The translations under genes and the position numbers were made by a program. Shown piece by piece: positions 41,689-51,572 of a DNA stretch of 64,000 nt. The notes below the pieces were generated by a model. The model ran no database searches, was not told the DNA's origin, and saw nothing but the letters and a program-made list of their open reading frames with translations. Numbering within the stretch: position 1 is the first letter of the stretch; each line of letters starts with the position of its first letter. Origin of the DNA: TPA_inf: Saccharomyces (Eukaryota); NCBI GenBank assembly GCA_000146045.2, contig BK006936.2:64001-128000 (forward strand), read 5' to 3'.

Positions 41689-43406
41689 CTGTCCACAGTA
41701 GAGAATAAATTCAAAGTACTGATACTTTTATTTTTTTTATGCTGTTTTTTACCAATGCTGGCTAGTCCACCGTCCCTTGAGCGTAGCTTATTAATCGCCC
41801 TCTTGTCCTCGTTCCCTGCAGCTTTCTCGTACCATTTCCATGCGTATTCCATGTTACGATCACAGCCCTTGCCATGCTCATAGAAGTAGCCCAGAGTGAA
41901 TTGGGCCTTTGGCAAACCAGCATTAGCTGCACGCAAGGCCCATTGAAAAGCCTCATTTTCATCTTTTTCAAAAGCAGGTTCTGCTCCCAGTAAGTACCAT
42001 GCACATAAACCTAACATTGCCACAGAATCGCCTTTTAACGCTGCCTGCGTATAATAGTGTACAGAAAGTGATGTATCCTGCCCTACTGTATCATTACCTG
42101 TTTCATAAATCTGTGCCAACAAAGTTGCTGAAGGAACATGCCCTAAACTTGCTGCTTGAATATATAGTTCCATTGCATACTTTTCATCCGGAATGACAAC
42201 ATCTAAGAACCCTTCATGATAAATCTTAGCCAATTCGTATGGTGCTGCGGCCGTCAACTCATTAGCTCTTGCTGCAGCCCTTGATAACCATTTTACCCCA
42301 TTTAATTTAGTATTAACGTCGGTTGGAAGACCCATTCTGCCGTAGAATGAATAAAGTCCCAATTTATACATTGCTGAGGGATGATTCCTGCTAGCCGCAA
42401 ACTTTAAAAAATTGACTGACTTACGAGAATCTCTTGTTGTTCCTAGTCCTTCTTCTAAGCAATGCGATGCTCTGTAAGCACTTTCTATATGACCATGCTT
42501 TGCAGCTGCTTGAAATAAGACAAATGCTTCTTTATTTTCAATCTTCCCAAATGCTCCGGATGAGTAGCCGTCCGCTAATAAGTATTGGGCATCTGAATAA
42601 CCCTTTATGCTCAGTTTCTTCAAATAACTTTGCGCTTCTTTCAAAAACTGAAGTTTTAAGTCAGATTGGCTGACATTTCCTTCCTTGTCACTATCTTGAA
42701 CAAGAGCATTGGAAGATTCAATAGTCAGTGCGGTTTGTAACATATATTGCGCATACTGGAATAACACTTCAGGATCTTTAGATTTTTTAACGTTTTGTCT
42801 ATACATTTCTATTGTTTTTAGCCTTGGAACTAAGGAAGTATTATTTTTACCACCCAAATATCGACTGATCATCTGATGTGACAAATCTGCTACAGATTCA
42901 TTAGTAGCCGTTAATTGGGTATCACTGCTACCATTCAACAGGTACATGTGAGACAAATCTACAGAACGAGTTCTTTTCTTTATTTGCTCCTTCGTAAGAG
43001 ATGTACTCGAATTTGTCTGTCTTAATGCTCCCGGTGACGGAGAATTTGTAGGAGTACTTCCCAAAGAACTTAAGGAAGTATTATTTGAATTATTAAGATG
43101 AAGCTGTGGGGGTGGGACTGGAACGAAATCTTCCTCTTGACTATTGCCTATATCGTTTGATAGTAGAGGTACTGACGCAGCTCTAAGATGCTCATTGATA
43201 AGCGGTTGGTTTGCCGACCGCTTAGGAAGGTCTGCGGTACTGAAGTCTTCATTGTCCCTGTTTTCCCTATTCTCTTTATTATCTGAAAAATCTTGACCTA
43301 CCTTCAACGAACTGTTTTGAAACTGTAGGCCCCTGTTATCAAAATTTATATGCTGTGATTGCATTAAATGCTTCTTATATGGATGTACCTGCGGTGAACT
43401 TGCCAT
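41316..43406 (-). CDS. SKT5: SKT5 (CHS4), activator of chitin synthase III
   Basis: 696 aa with ATG at 43406. It has tandem Sel1-like repeats. It ends in the C-terminal CaaX box CVIM (...KKKKDCVIM), implying prenylation. Confidence 0.92.
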   Translation of the reverse strand: MASSPQVHPYKKHLMQSQHINFDNRGLQFQNSSLKVGQDFSDNKENRENRDNEDFSTADLPKRSANQPLINEHLRAASVPLLSNDIGNSQEEDFVPVPPPQLHLNNSNNTSLSSLGSTPTNSPSPGALRQTNSSTSLTKEQIKKRTRSVDLSHMYLLNGSSDTQLTATNESVADLSHQMISRYLGGKNNTSLVPRLKTIEMYRQNVKKSKDPEVLFQYAQYMLQTALTIESSNALVQDSDKEGNVSQSDLKLQFLKEAQSYLKKLSIKGYSDAQYLLADGYSSGAFGKIENKEAFVLFQAAAKHGHIESAYRASHCLEEGLGTTRDSRKSVNFLKFAASRNHPSAMYKLGLYSFYGRMGLPTDVNTKLNGVKWLSRAAARANELTAAAPYELAKIYHEGFLDVVIPDEKYAMELYIQAASLGHVPSATLLAQIYETGNDTVGQDTSLSVHYYTQAALKGDSVAMLGLCAWYLLGAEPAFEKDENEAFQWALRAANAGLPKAQFTLGYFYEHGKGCDRNMEYAWKWYEKAAGNEDKRAINKLRSRDGGLASIGKKQHKKNKSISTLNLFSTVDSQTSNVGSNSRVSSKSETFFTGNPKRDREPQGLQINMNSNTNRNGIKTGSDTSIRKSSSSAKGMSREVAEQSMAAKQEVSLSNMGSSNMIRKDFPAVKTESKKPTSLKNKKDKQGKKKKDCVIM

Positions 43407-43931
43407 TTTTTATCCTTTTATTTTAACTTTATCACCAAAAAAGACGAGAACCTGGTAGTATACAATGGAAGGCTTATTAACAGCAAGTCTAAAGTCAAGT
43501 GCCAACACCTAGTTTGTCTCTACTCTTAAATCTTACATCATCCTCGAGAGGGTCTGCAGAAAGAATTTTTCGTTCTTTTTTTAGCAAGTCAAAACGCGAA
43601 GTGAAACGTGGGAAAATATAACGATGACCTTTCTTAAAACATGCATGAAGACTCGTGAAAGTCATATGTACATATGTCGTATAGATTTGCAGATAGTTGC
43701 AACAAATAATTAGCGATTAGTTATGGCCTATACATGGCAGCTAAGTGCGATGGCATGTTCAAATGTATTATATTAAATCAAATGAACTTAAAATGCGATG
43801 TTTGGGTGCAAAATATCTATAGATGATAGAGACGGTTCATTGATCTTACGGATCAACTTTGAGATCAGTAAGGCTGACTAGATGGTACAATTTTGTGCAG
43901 TCAATGGACTATTAAGGGATCGCAAAGAGGT

Positions 43932-45995
43932 ATGTGCGCCAGTTTAAACGAGGTAAAAAAGAATGACACCTATGGGGTCTCACAAAAGGGCTACAATGAC
44001 AATTTCAGTGAAAGTGAGGGCGTCCTTCATGGTAGTAAGTCGATGCCCACTAGCATGAAAAATATGCTACAGTCTCCCACGATGGTCAACATGTGTGATA
44101 TTTTACAAAACAAGGAAGCTGCTAATGACGAAAAACCTGTGATACCTACTACGGATACCGCCACTGCGGGGACTGGTACTGAAGATATTAGCTCCACTCA
44201 ATCCGAGGAAACTGATCAGAATAGTCATCTTATTGCCTCAGAGATCTTGGAAGGCACTTTCAAAGATGTATCTTACAAGGAATATGCAAATTTCTTGGGA
44301 AACGATAACAATAATCAAGTCTTGACTGAGTTTGTAAAGTTATTGAGTCCTTTGCCGTCGTCACTATTAGAAACGCTTTTCAATTTATCGAAAAGTATAT
44401 ATTTCATTGCAGAAGCGCAAAATATCGACCGGATACTAGAGTGCTTGAGCATAGAATGGATAGCTTGCCACCCGAACACACATTGGAAGTCAGGCTATAA
44501 GTCATGTCATATAGTCTTATTTTCCCTGTTGATCCTTAATTCGGATTTGCACAACAACTTTCAAGTTGACCATAAAAAGATTAAGTTTTCCATGGTTGCA
44601 TTTATCAACAATACACTGAGGGCACTAAGAGAGGAAAATGAATACGAAGAATTGAAAATATACTCCCGCGAACATTTGATCATCGAAGAACTTTCCGAAT
44701 ACTATAAAACGTTAAATGAAACGCCTTTACCGTTATGCACAGAATCTAGAACATCAATAAATATATCAGATAACCAATCTTCCTTGAAAAGGTTCTCTAC
44801 TCTAGGATCACGGGAATTTAGTACATCAAATTTACGTAGTGTTAACTCTAATTCTACTACACTATATTCAAGAGATGGTCAAGTATCTGTACGAGAAATG
44901 AGCGCAAAATCAAATAAAAACTTTCACAATAATCACCCCATGGATGCACTCTACCTTAAAGAGTCTTTTGATGACGGTTTAATTACCGAAAACGGCTCCA
45001 GTTGGTTCATGGACGATTTAATTCTTATAAGCAAGAAATCTTTACCACGTAAATATTCTAAAAGAGACAAAGATCAAGTGGCGGCACCAAAAATGACCTC
45101 TAAGAGAAACAAATCGTTCTTCGGATGGCTAAAACCATCTAAAACGACTACACTTATTGAGCACACATCTAGAAGGACTTCTTTATCGTATTTGAATAAG
45201 GATTCTGAATGGGAGAGGGTGAAAATACAGGTCAAGGAGGGCAGAATTTTTATTTTCAAAATTAAACCAGATGTTAAGGATATCATCCAATCAAGTGAAA
45301 CAGACAGTGCTACCATCGACTATTTCAAAGATATCAGTAGCTCTTATTTTGCTTACTCACTGCTTGAAGCTGAAGCACATGTCGTGCAAGATAATATAAT
45401 TATAGGTAGTGGAGCAATGAAATCAAATGTGTGTAACAAAAACACCAAGAGGAAAAGTGGCAACTTTACCGTTAGTTTTCCAGAGAATATCAACGGACCA
45501 AAGCTTGTTCTGGAGTTCCAGACGAGAAGTGTTGAAGAAGCCCACAAGTTTATGGACTGTATCAACTTCTGGGCAGGTAGGATTTCTCCAGTTCCTTTAA
45601 CACAATTCGAAGCCGTATCTAACGCAGAATATGGATGGAGTGACAAGATCTTGACAGAGCACGCTTCCCTCAATCTTAAAAATATTGTTGTAAGTGAATG
45701 GAAGCCACTATTGGGGCTAGAGCTACTATACGAAGATGCGAAAGATGTAGAGATGGTCGAACTAAAAGAAAGGCTAAAGGAATTGATGAACTTCACCAGA
45801 CAGCTTGGTATATGGATAGATAAACATAACGAAATAAAGGATAAGCTGGTCGAAATTTGGAGCTTTGACGATAACTATTTTGAAGCAGTCATGAATAATT
45901 GGAATTCGAGATATTTGTATATGAATAATCAATATAAGAAACGACTGAGCTACTTGAAAGCTTTGCAAAAAGCCATGGGTTCTGTTCAGTTCTAA
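43932..45995 (+). CDS. YEL1: YEL1, Sec7-domain guanine-nucleotide exchange factor for Arf3
   Basis: 687 aa from the ATG at 43932 (MCASLNEVKKND...). The ORF-track start at 43893 is a TTG. The Sec7-like region (SIEWIACHPNTHWKSG) is present. Confidence 0.85.
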   Translation: MCASLNEVKKNDTYGVSQKGYNDNFSESEGVLHGSKSMPTSMKNMLQSPTMVNMCDILQNKEAANDEKPVIPTTDTATAGTGTEDISSTQSEETDQNSHLIASEILEGTFKDVSYKEYANFLGNDNNNQVLTEFVKLLSPLPSSLLETLFNLSKSIYFIAEAQNIDRILECLSIEWIACHPNTHWKSGYKSCHIVLFSLLILNSDLHNNFQVDHKKIKFSMVAFINNTLRALREENEYEELKIYSREHLIIEELSEYYKTLNETPLPLCTESRTSINISDNQSSLKRFSTLGSREFSTSNLRSVNSNSTTLYSRDGQVSVREMSAKSNKNFHNNHPMDALYLKESFDDGLITENGSSWFMDDLILISKKSLPRKYSKRDKDQVAAPKMTSKRNKSFFGWLKPSKTTTLIEHTSRRTSLSYLNKDSEWERVKIQVKEGRIFIFKIKPDVKDIIQSSETDSATIDYFKDISSSYFAYSLLEAEAHVVQDNIIIGSGAMKSNVCNKNTKRKSGNFTVSFPENINGPKLVLEFQTRSVEEAHKFMDCINFWAGRISPVPLTQFEAVSNAEYGWSDKILTEHASLNLKNIVVSEWKPLLGLELLYEDAKDVEMVELKERLKELMNFTRQLGIWIDKHNEIKDKLVEIWSFDDNYFEAVMNNWNSRYLYMNNQYKKRLSYLKALQKAMGSVQF

Positions 45996-46124
45996 GTATA
46001 TTTAAAGATATAAATATAAAGACTGCGCTGAAGAAATATAAACTTGAAAACTGTACTCTGCCTTTTATTTACAAGGGATATTGAGATGATTTGTGTGAAT
46101 GAAGTAGCGACAGAAAAAAAGCTT

Positions 46125-46539
46125 TTATTTCGAGTTCGCATCATTGTCACTTTCCTGCTTTTTCTTGGCGTACTGTCTATCTAAGATAGTCTTTAATATA
46201 GCGTCCTCGCCATATTCTTCTTCCTCAATTTTCTTCCATCTCTTTTCTACATCAGCTCTCTTTATTCTACTTTCAATGACAGCACGTTTCTTGTTATTCA
46301 AACTTGCCTCCTTGAGACACTTGTTCAAAGCATCCTTTTCGTTGTTACAAAGGCCAAATATTCTCTTGTAATATTCCTTTTGATGGCATTTATCGAGTGC
46401 ATTGATGAAGTCCAAACAGGCTAAAATGAAGAAGGGGAGAATACAATGTTAGTAAGTCGGAGCACAGAAAAAGGCAAATATATGAAGTAAAATCTGGATA
46501 CTTACAATGAAAACGTTCAGCTTCTAACTGTGGATGCAT
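46125..46539 (-). CDS. CMC2: CMC2, twin Cx9C protein of the mitochondrial intermembrane space. Spliced: exon 1 is 46539..46506 and exon 2 is 46420..46125 on the minus strand.
   Basis: Exon 1 (ATG CAT CCA CAG TTA GAA GCT GAA CGT TTT CAT T) encodes MHPQLEAERFH plus 1 nt. The donor is GTAAGT, the branch TACTAAC is on the minus strand at 46453..46447 and the acceptor is TTTTAG. The spliced product is 109 aa with two Cx9C pairs (C-LDFINALDK-C and C-NNEKDALNK-C). The ORF track shows only exon 2. Confidence 0.88.
46421..46505 (-). other. CMC2: Intron of CMC2 (85 nt)
   Basis: GTAAGT donor, TACTAAC branch and TAG acceptor. Splicing restores the reading frame. Confidence 0.85.
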
Positions 46540-46593
46540 GTTGTAGTACTTGTCTTATCTTGCTTTTGTTCAACTGCACTTGTAAATCAGTGA

Positions 46594-47244
46594 ATGTTAT
46601 TGGACGCGCAGCGATTTTTTAATAGGTCTTTCTCTATTAATGTAATATGCGAATTGAAACATAATGTAAACACAAGAAGAAAATTCGAAATAAAGGACTG
46701 GCCAACAATAATGTTAGTGAGCAGAAACGACAAGCCCAAAATCAGTAGTGAGGAAGTCACACATTTTATAGACGACTATAAAAAGAGGAGGAAAACTCAG
46801 ATGACACGATTCTTCGGAATCACTATTTTTACACTTATAACATGTAGAATTGCCATGAAGAAAATGATAACTGCAAAAGGTATGCATAGGCAATAACTTC
46901 GGCCTCATACTCAAAGAACACGTTTACTAACATAACTTATTTACATAGTGCCATTGAACACTTTTCAAGCAAACTACGCCAGCCGGACGCAGACAATAAC
47001 ACACACACAAAAGAGTCTTGCAGGTTCTCTTTTAGCGGCAACGGGCATGACACTAGGTATATTTGGTATGGGCATCACAGGGACATGTTGGAGCTGGGAT
47101 GTTTCATCATTTCAGGAACTAAAGCAACGTCTGGAAAGGCGTGCCAACAACGAATTTGTAGTGACAAACATGCCTCTGGATAAAAGAAGCCAGCAAGTAG
47201 TGGACAGCTTAGTTAAGACACACAATTCATCTCTTTGTAAATAG
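46594..47244 (+). CDS. YBL059W: YBL059W (I recall this being named IAI11), a small mitochondrial membrane protein. Spliced: exon 1 is 46594..46879 and exon 2 is 46949..47244.
   Basis: The ATG at 46594 is preceded by an in-frame TGA. The donor is GTATGC at 46880, the branch TACTAAC is at 46925..46931 and the acceptor is the AG at 46947..46948. Splicing joins ...MKKMITAK-V-PLNTFQANYASRTQ... into a 193-aa product. A hydrophobic segment (SLAGSLLAATGMTLGIFGMGITG) lies in exon 2. Confidence 0.8.
46880..46948 (+). other. YBL059W: Intron of YBL059W (69 nt) with a non-consensus GUAUGC 5' splice site
   Basis: GTATGC donor, canonical TACTAAC branch 17 nt upstream of the AG, and a frame-restoring junction. 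Confidence 0.75.
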
Positions 47245-47436
47245 TGTTATACCATAGTAGTAGTTTCAATAATATATTCCACTACTTATATGTGTTACCC
47301 GCATTAGAACTCTTATTGGTGGCGAAAATCGATGGCAATAAAGAACGGAAGGGGTTTAATAGTTGTATGCTTAACATATTTCGATTTAAATATATAAGAA
47401 ACGTCGGTAGCACAACAATTAACTCATTATTTAGGT

Positions 47437-48708
47437 ATGGCGGAAATACCTGATGAAACCATCCAGCAGTTCATGGCATTGACCAATGTGTCGCATAACA
47501 TAGCCGTTCAATATCTCTCTGAATTTGGAGATTTAAATGAAGCACTAAATTCCTATTATGCTTCTCAAACGGATGACCAAAAGGATAGAAGAGAGGAAGC
47601 ACATTGGAACAGACAGCAGGAGAAGGCCCTCAAGCAAGAAGCCTTCTCCACCAACTCTTCGAATAAAGCCATAAATACGGAGCACGTTGGTGGGTTATGT
47701 CCAAAACCAGGATCCTCACAAGGTAGCAACGAGTACTTGAAAAGGAAAGGTTCTACCTCTCCTGAACCAACCAAGGGTAGTAGCCGCTCTGGAAGTGGTA
47801 ACAACTCCAGGTTTATGAGCTTTTCGGATATGGTAAGAGGTCAAGCTGATGATGACGATGAAGATCAACCGAGAAATACTTTTGCTGGTGGTGAAACATC
47901 CGGCTTAGAGGTTACAGATCCTTCAGATCCTAATTCATTACTGAAGGATTTGCTGGAAAAAGCGAGAAGGGGTGGTCAAATGGGCGCTGAAAACGGATTC
48001 CGTGATGACGAAGACCATGAAATGGGTGCCAATAGGTTTACTGGAAGAGGTTTTAGATTAGGGTCAACCATCGACGCAGCAGATGAAGTCGTAGAAGACA
48101 ACACTTCACAATCACAACGTAGACCAGAAAAAGTCACAAGAGAAATTACATTTTGGAAGGAAGGTTTTCAAGTGGCCGATGGTCCGCTTTATCGCTATGA
48201 TGATCCTGCGAACAGTTTCTATTTGAGCGAGTTAAATCAAGGGAGGGCTCCATTAAAGCTCTTAGATGTGCAATTTGGACAAGAAGTTGAAGTTAATGTA
48301 TATAAAAAATTAGATGAGTCTTATAAAGCTCCGACGAGAAAACTGGGCGGTTTTTCAGGCCAGGGCCAAAGACTAGGATCTCCTATCCCGGGTGAATCGT
48401 CACCTGCGGAGGTTCCAAAGAATGAGACACCCGCTGCTCAGGAACAACCCATGCCGGACAATGAGCCAAAACAAGGCGACACCTCCATCCAAATTAGATA
48501 CGCAAATGGCAAAAGAGAAGTTTTGCACTGCAATTCCACAGATACAGTAAAGTTTTTGTATGAGCATGTGACATCAAATGCGAACACTGACCCATCGAGG
48601 AATTTCACCTTGAATTATGCCTTTCCTATCAAACCAATAAGCAACGATGAGACAACATTGAAGGACGCTGATCTGCTGAACTCCGTTGTCGTGCAAAGAT
48701 GGGCATGA
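47437..48708 (+). CDS. SHP1: SHP1, UBX-domain Cdc48 cofactor (p47 homologue)
   Basis: 423 aa with ATG at 47437. It has an N-terminal UBA-like region, a central SEP domain and a C-terminal UBX domain (IQIRYANGKREVLHCNSTDTV). Confidence 0.9.
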   Translation: MAEIPDETIQQFMALTNVSHNIAVQYLSEFGDLNEALNSYYASQTDDQKDRREEAHWNRQQEKALKQEAFSTNSSNKAINTEHVGGLCPKPGSSQGSNEYLKRKGSTSPEPTKGSSRSGSGNNSRFMSFSDMVRGQADDDDEDQPRNTFAGGETSGLEVTDPSDPNSLLKDLLEKARRGGQMGAENGFRDDEDHEMGANRFTGRGFRLGSTIDAADEVVEDNTSQSQRRPEKVTREITFWKEGFQVADGPLYRYDDPANSFYLSELNQGRAPLKLLDVQFGQEVEVNVYKKLDESYKAPTRKLGGFSGQGQRLGSPIPGESSPAEVPKNETPAAQEQPMPDNEPKQGDTSIQIRYANGKREVLHCNSTDTVKFLYEHVTSNANTDPSRNFTLNYAFPIKPISNDETTLKDADLLNSVVVQRWA

Positions 48709-48800
48709 GCATAAATATACAAAAACAGAAACGGGAAAAGACTTCAACTTAATATATAAATGCACGTATATCTATACCCGTAGTATATATCATTTGTACC

Positions 48801-49427
48801 TCAATACAATTTCAAATCACCTGTTATTTGATCCAATACTGCTTTTGGAGCAGGTCCTAAACCCAATACGGTGGCACTTCCCGCAGCAATCTGTGTTCTA
48901 CCAGCATCATGAATAACTGCTGCATTCACCCCAAGTGATATAGCCTTCGCATACAACTCGTCCATTGTAAACTTATCTGGACATTTCAACGTTATTTTAG
49001 CCTGTCCAGCATTTAGCCATCTTTGTGTCATAATTGGGTTGTATGAAGCACGCGCGGGGTTTGTAGCAATATGTCTAAAACATGACAATGCTGCGTGACA
49101 GCATTGTGCCGCTATTTTGCCCTTTGTCATGCCAAGATCTTGACGAATCACCAATGCCATCCTAACTTCTCCAGGTATATCATTCAATGAAGTGGACTCA
49201 ATATCTTCGTCCTCATCGCTCTCATCTTCGCTTTCACTTTCCTCCTCATCAGTGTCATTGTGTAGCTTTCCTTCCTTCATTTCTTTAGAACGCAGTAAAG
49301 TAGCTGAGGATTTCTTAGTTGATGATGCGTTCGACGTACCCAACTGGTAACCCACGGCAAAGGAGATTGCGGTGAAAGTAGCCCATAAAGCTATGGTGTA
49401 ATTCGAAGAAACTGTCATCTTTTCCAT
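48801..49427 (-). CDS. PTH2: PTH2, peptidyl-tRNA hydrolase 2 (mitochondrial outer membrane)
   Basis: 208 aa with ATG at 49427. It has an N-terminal transmembrane anchor and a C-terminal PTH2 domain (MALVIRQDLGMTKGKIAAQCCHAAL). Confidence 0.9.
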   Translation of the reverse strand: MEKMTVSSNYTIALWATFTAISFAVGYQLGTSNASSTKKSSATLLRSKEMKEGKLHNDTDEEESESEDESDEDEDIESTSLNDIPGEVRMALVIRQDLGMTKGKIAAQCCHAALSCFRHIATNPARASYNPIMTQRWLNAGQAKITLKCPDKFTMDELYAKAISLGVNAAVIHDAGRTQIAAGSATVLGLGPAPKAVLDQITGDLKLY

Positions 49428-49761
49428 TAAAAAGACGTTATCATGTTACTCCGCTGTCAACAAGTAATATAGCAAGAAACAATTAGCTCTTATGCTTAAG
49501 AGCTTCTAGAAGAGTAGTAATAACCTTTAAACATTATTTTCGTCAGGCGTGATATCAGCGAGTTGAAGAAAAAACAACATGGGTTGTCCCTCAAGAGAAT
49601 AAACTCAAAGGAGTAAAAGGTGTTTAGAGCTTGTTGGCTCGATTGTTGCCACCGGAAGGCCCCTTTCTGTTTTTAGACTATATTCATTTTACTTTTTGAA
49701 GTTTCTATTATAGGCAGACGAAGAAGGCCAAGAAGACAAATCGAAGAAAGAGAGAGATAAC

Positions 49762-51168
49762 ATGGGTCAAATATTGTCCAATCCAATTATCGACAAAGAG
49801 CATCATTCTGGTACGGACTGTTTGACAGCGTTTGGACTATGTGCCATGCAAGGCTGGCGTATGTCCATGGAAGATGCCCATATTGTTGAGCCGAACCTTT
49901 TGGCTGAGTCTGACGAGGAACATCTCGCATTTTATGGTATATTTGACGGTCATGGTGGTTCTTCTGTAGCGGAGTTTTGTGGCTCTAAAATGATATCTAT
50001 ACTGAAAAAACAGGAGAGCTTCAAGAGCGGTATGTTAGAGCAGTGCTTAATAGATACCTTTTTAGCTACAGATGTTGAGTTGTTGAAAGATGAAAAATTA
50101 AAAGATGACCATAGTGGTTGTACAGCAACTGTGATATTGGTATCTCAATTGAAAAAGCTACTAATTTGCGCCAATTCCGGTGATAGTAGAACAGTTCTAT
50201 CTACTGGTGGTAATAGTAAAGCAATGTCATTTGATCATAAGCCCACATTGTTAAGTGAAAAATCTCGTATTGTAGCTGCTGATGGTTTTGTTGAGATGGA
50301 CCGTGTTAATGGAAATTTAGCGTTATCAAGAGCCATAGGTGATTTTGAATTCAAATCTAACACAAAATTGGGACCTCATGAGCAAGTCGTTACATGTGTT
50401 CCTGATATCATTTGTCACAATTTGAATTATGATGAGGATGAATTTGTTATTTTAGCATGTGATGGTATTTGGGATTGTTTAACTTCTCAAGAGTGTGTTG
50501 ACTTGGTTCACTACGGTATAAGTCAAGGTAATATGACGTTGAGCGACATTTCATCTAGAATCGTAGATGTTTGTTGTTCACCCACAACTGAAGGCTCAGG
50601 AATTGGCTGTGATAATATGAGTATTTCCATTGTTGCTTTACTAAAGGAAAATGAATCTGAGTCACAATGGTTTGAGCGTATGAGATCAAAAAATTACAAT
50701 ATCCAAACGTCTTTTGTCCAAAGAAGGAAAAGTATTTTTGATTTCCATGATTTTTCGGATGATGATAACGAAGTGTTCGCAATAACCACCAAAAAATTAC
50801 AAGACCGCTTGAATCGTAGTAAAGATAATGACGACATGGAAATTGATGATCTTGATACCGAATTAGGCAGCAGTGCTACTCCCTCAAAGTTATCAGGTGA
50901 GGATAGAACTGGCCCTATTGACTTGTTTTCGTTGGAGGCTCTATTAGAAGCCGGGATTCAAATAAGGCAGAGGCCCAGCTCCGACAGTGACGGCAACACT
51001 TCTTATTTCCATGGTGCTTCTTTATCAGATATGTTGGCATCTTTAAGCAATGCGGCTGCAGGAGAAACAGAACCTAATGATGCTGATGATAACGATGATA
51101 ACGACGGCGAAGAAAACGGCAAGAATGAAAATGCGAAGAAGGGTTCCAAGATTGAAGAAATTGAATAA
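49762..51168 (+). CDS. PTC3: PTC3, type 2C protein phosphatase
   Basis: 468 aa with ATG at 49762. It has the PP2C motifs [10 protein letters not shown] and LACDGIWD and an acidic C-terminal tail. Confidence 0.92.
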
Positions 51169-51572
51169 TAAATATTGTCGAACCGTACTTTGCAACGAAA
51201 GAGTAGTCAAACTTTGTTATCTTTATTTGTTATTCCTCTTCTGCCGATGGATTGTTTTTTACTGGATCATCTTTGCGGCCCATATTGAGGAGATGGTGAA
51301 ATTCATAAAAATCATTACGAGAGAATGATAAATTGTAACAGAATTTATAAATCCTATTCATATAGATACATCTGTTTTTCCTTACTCTGTTTTTATTTTG
51401 TTGGTAACCTTTGAATCCTTTTTGATGAAAAAAATAGAAAAAAAAAAAAAAAAAAAATGAAAGCAATATCGACTGTATGTATATGCGCACCATAATTTTC
51501 CTATTAATAGTTTAAGCATAATTAGTGTACTTACTAAAAATAATGTAACTTTGCTCTTTGCACCAATAGATG

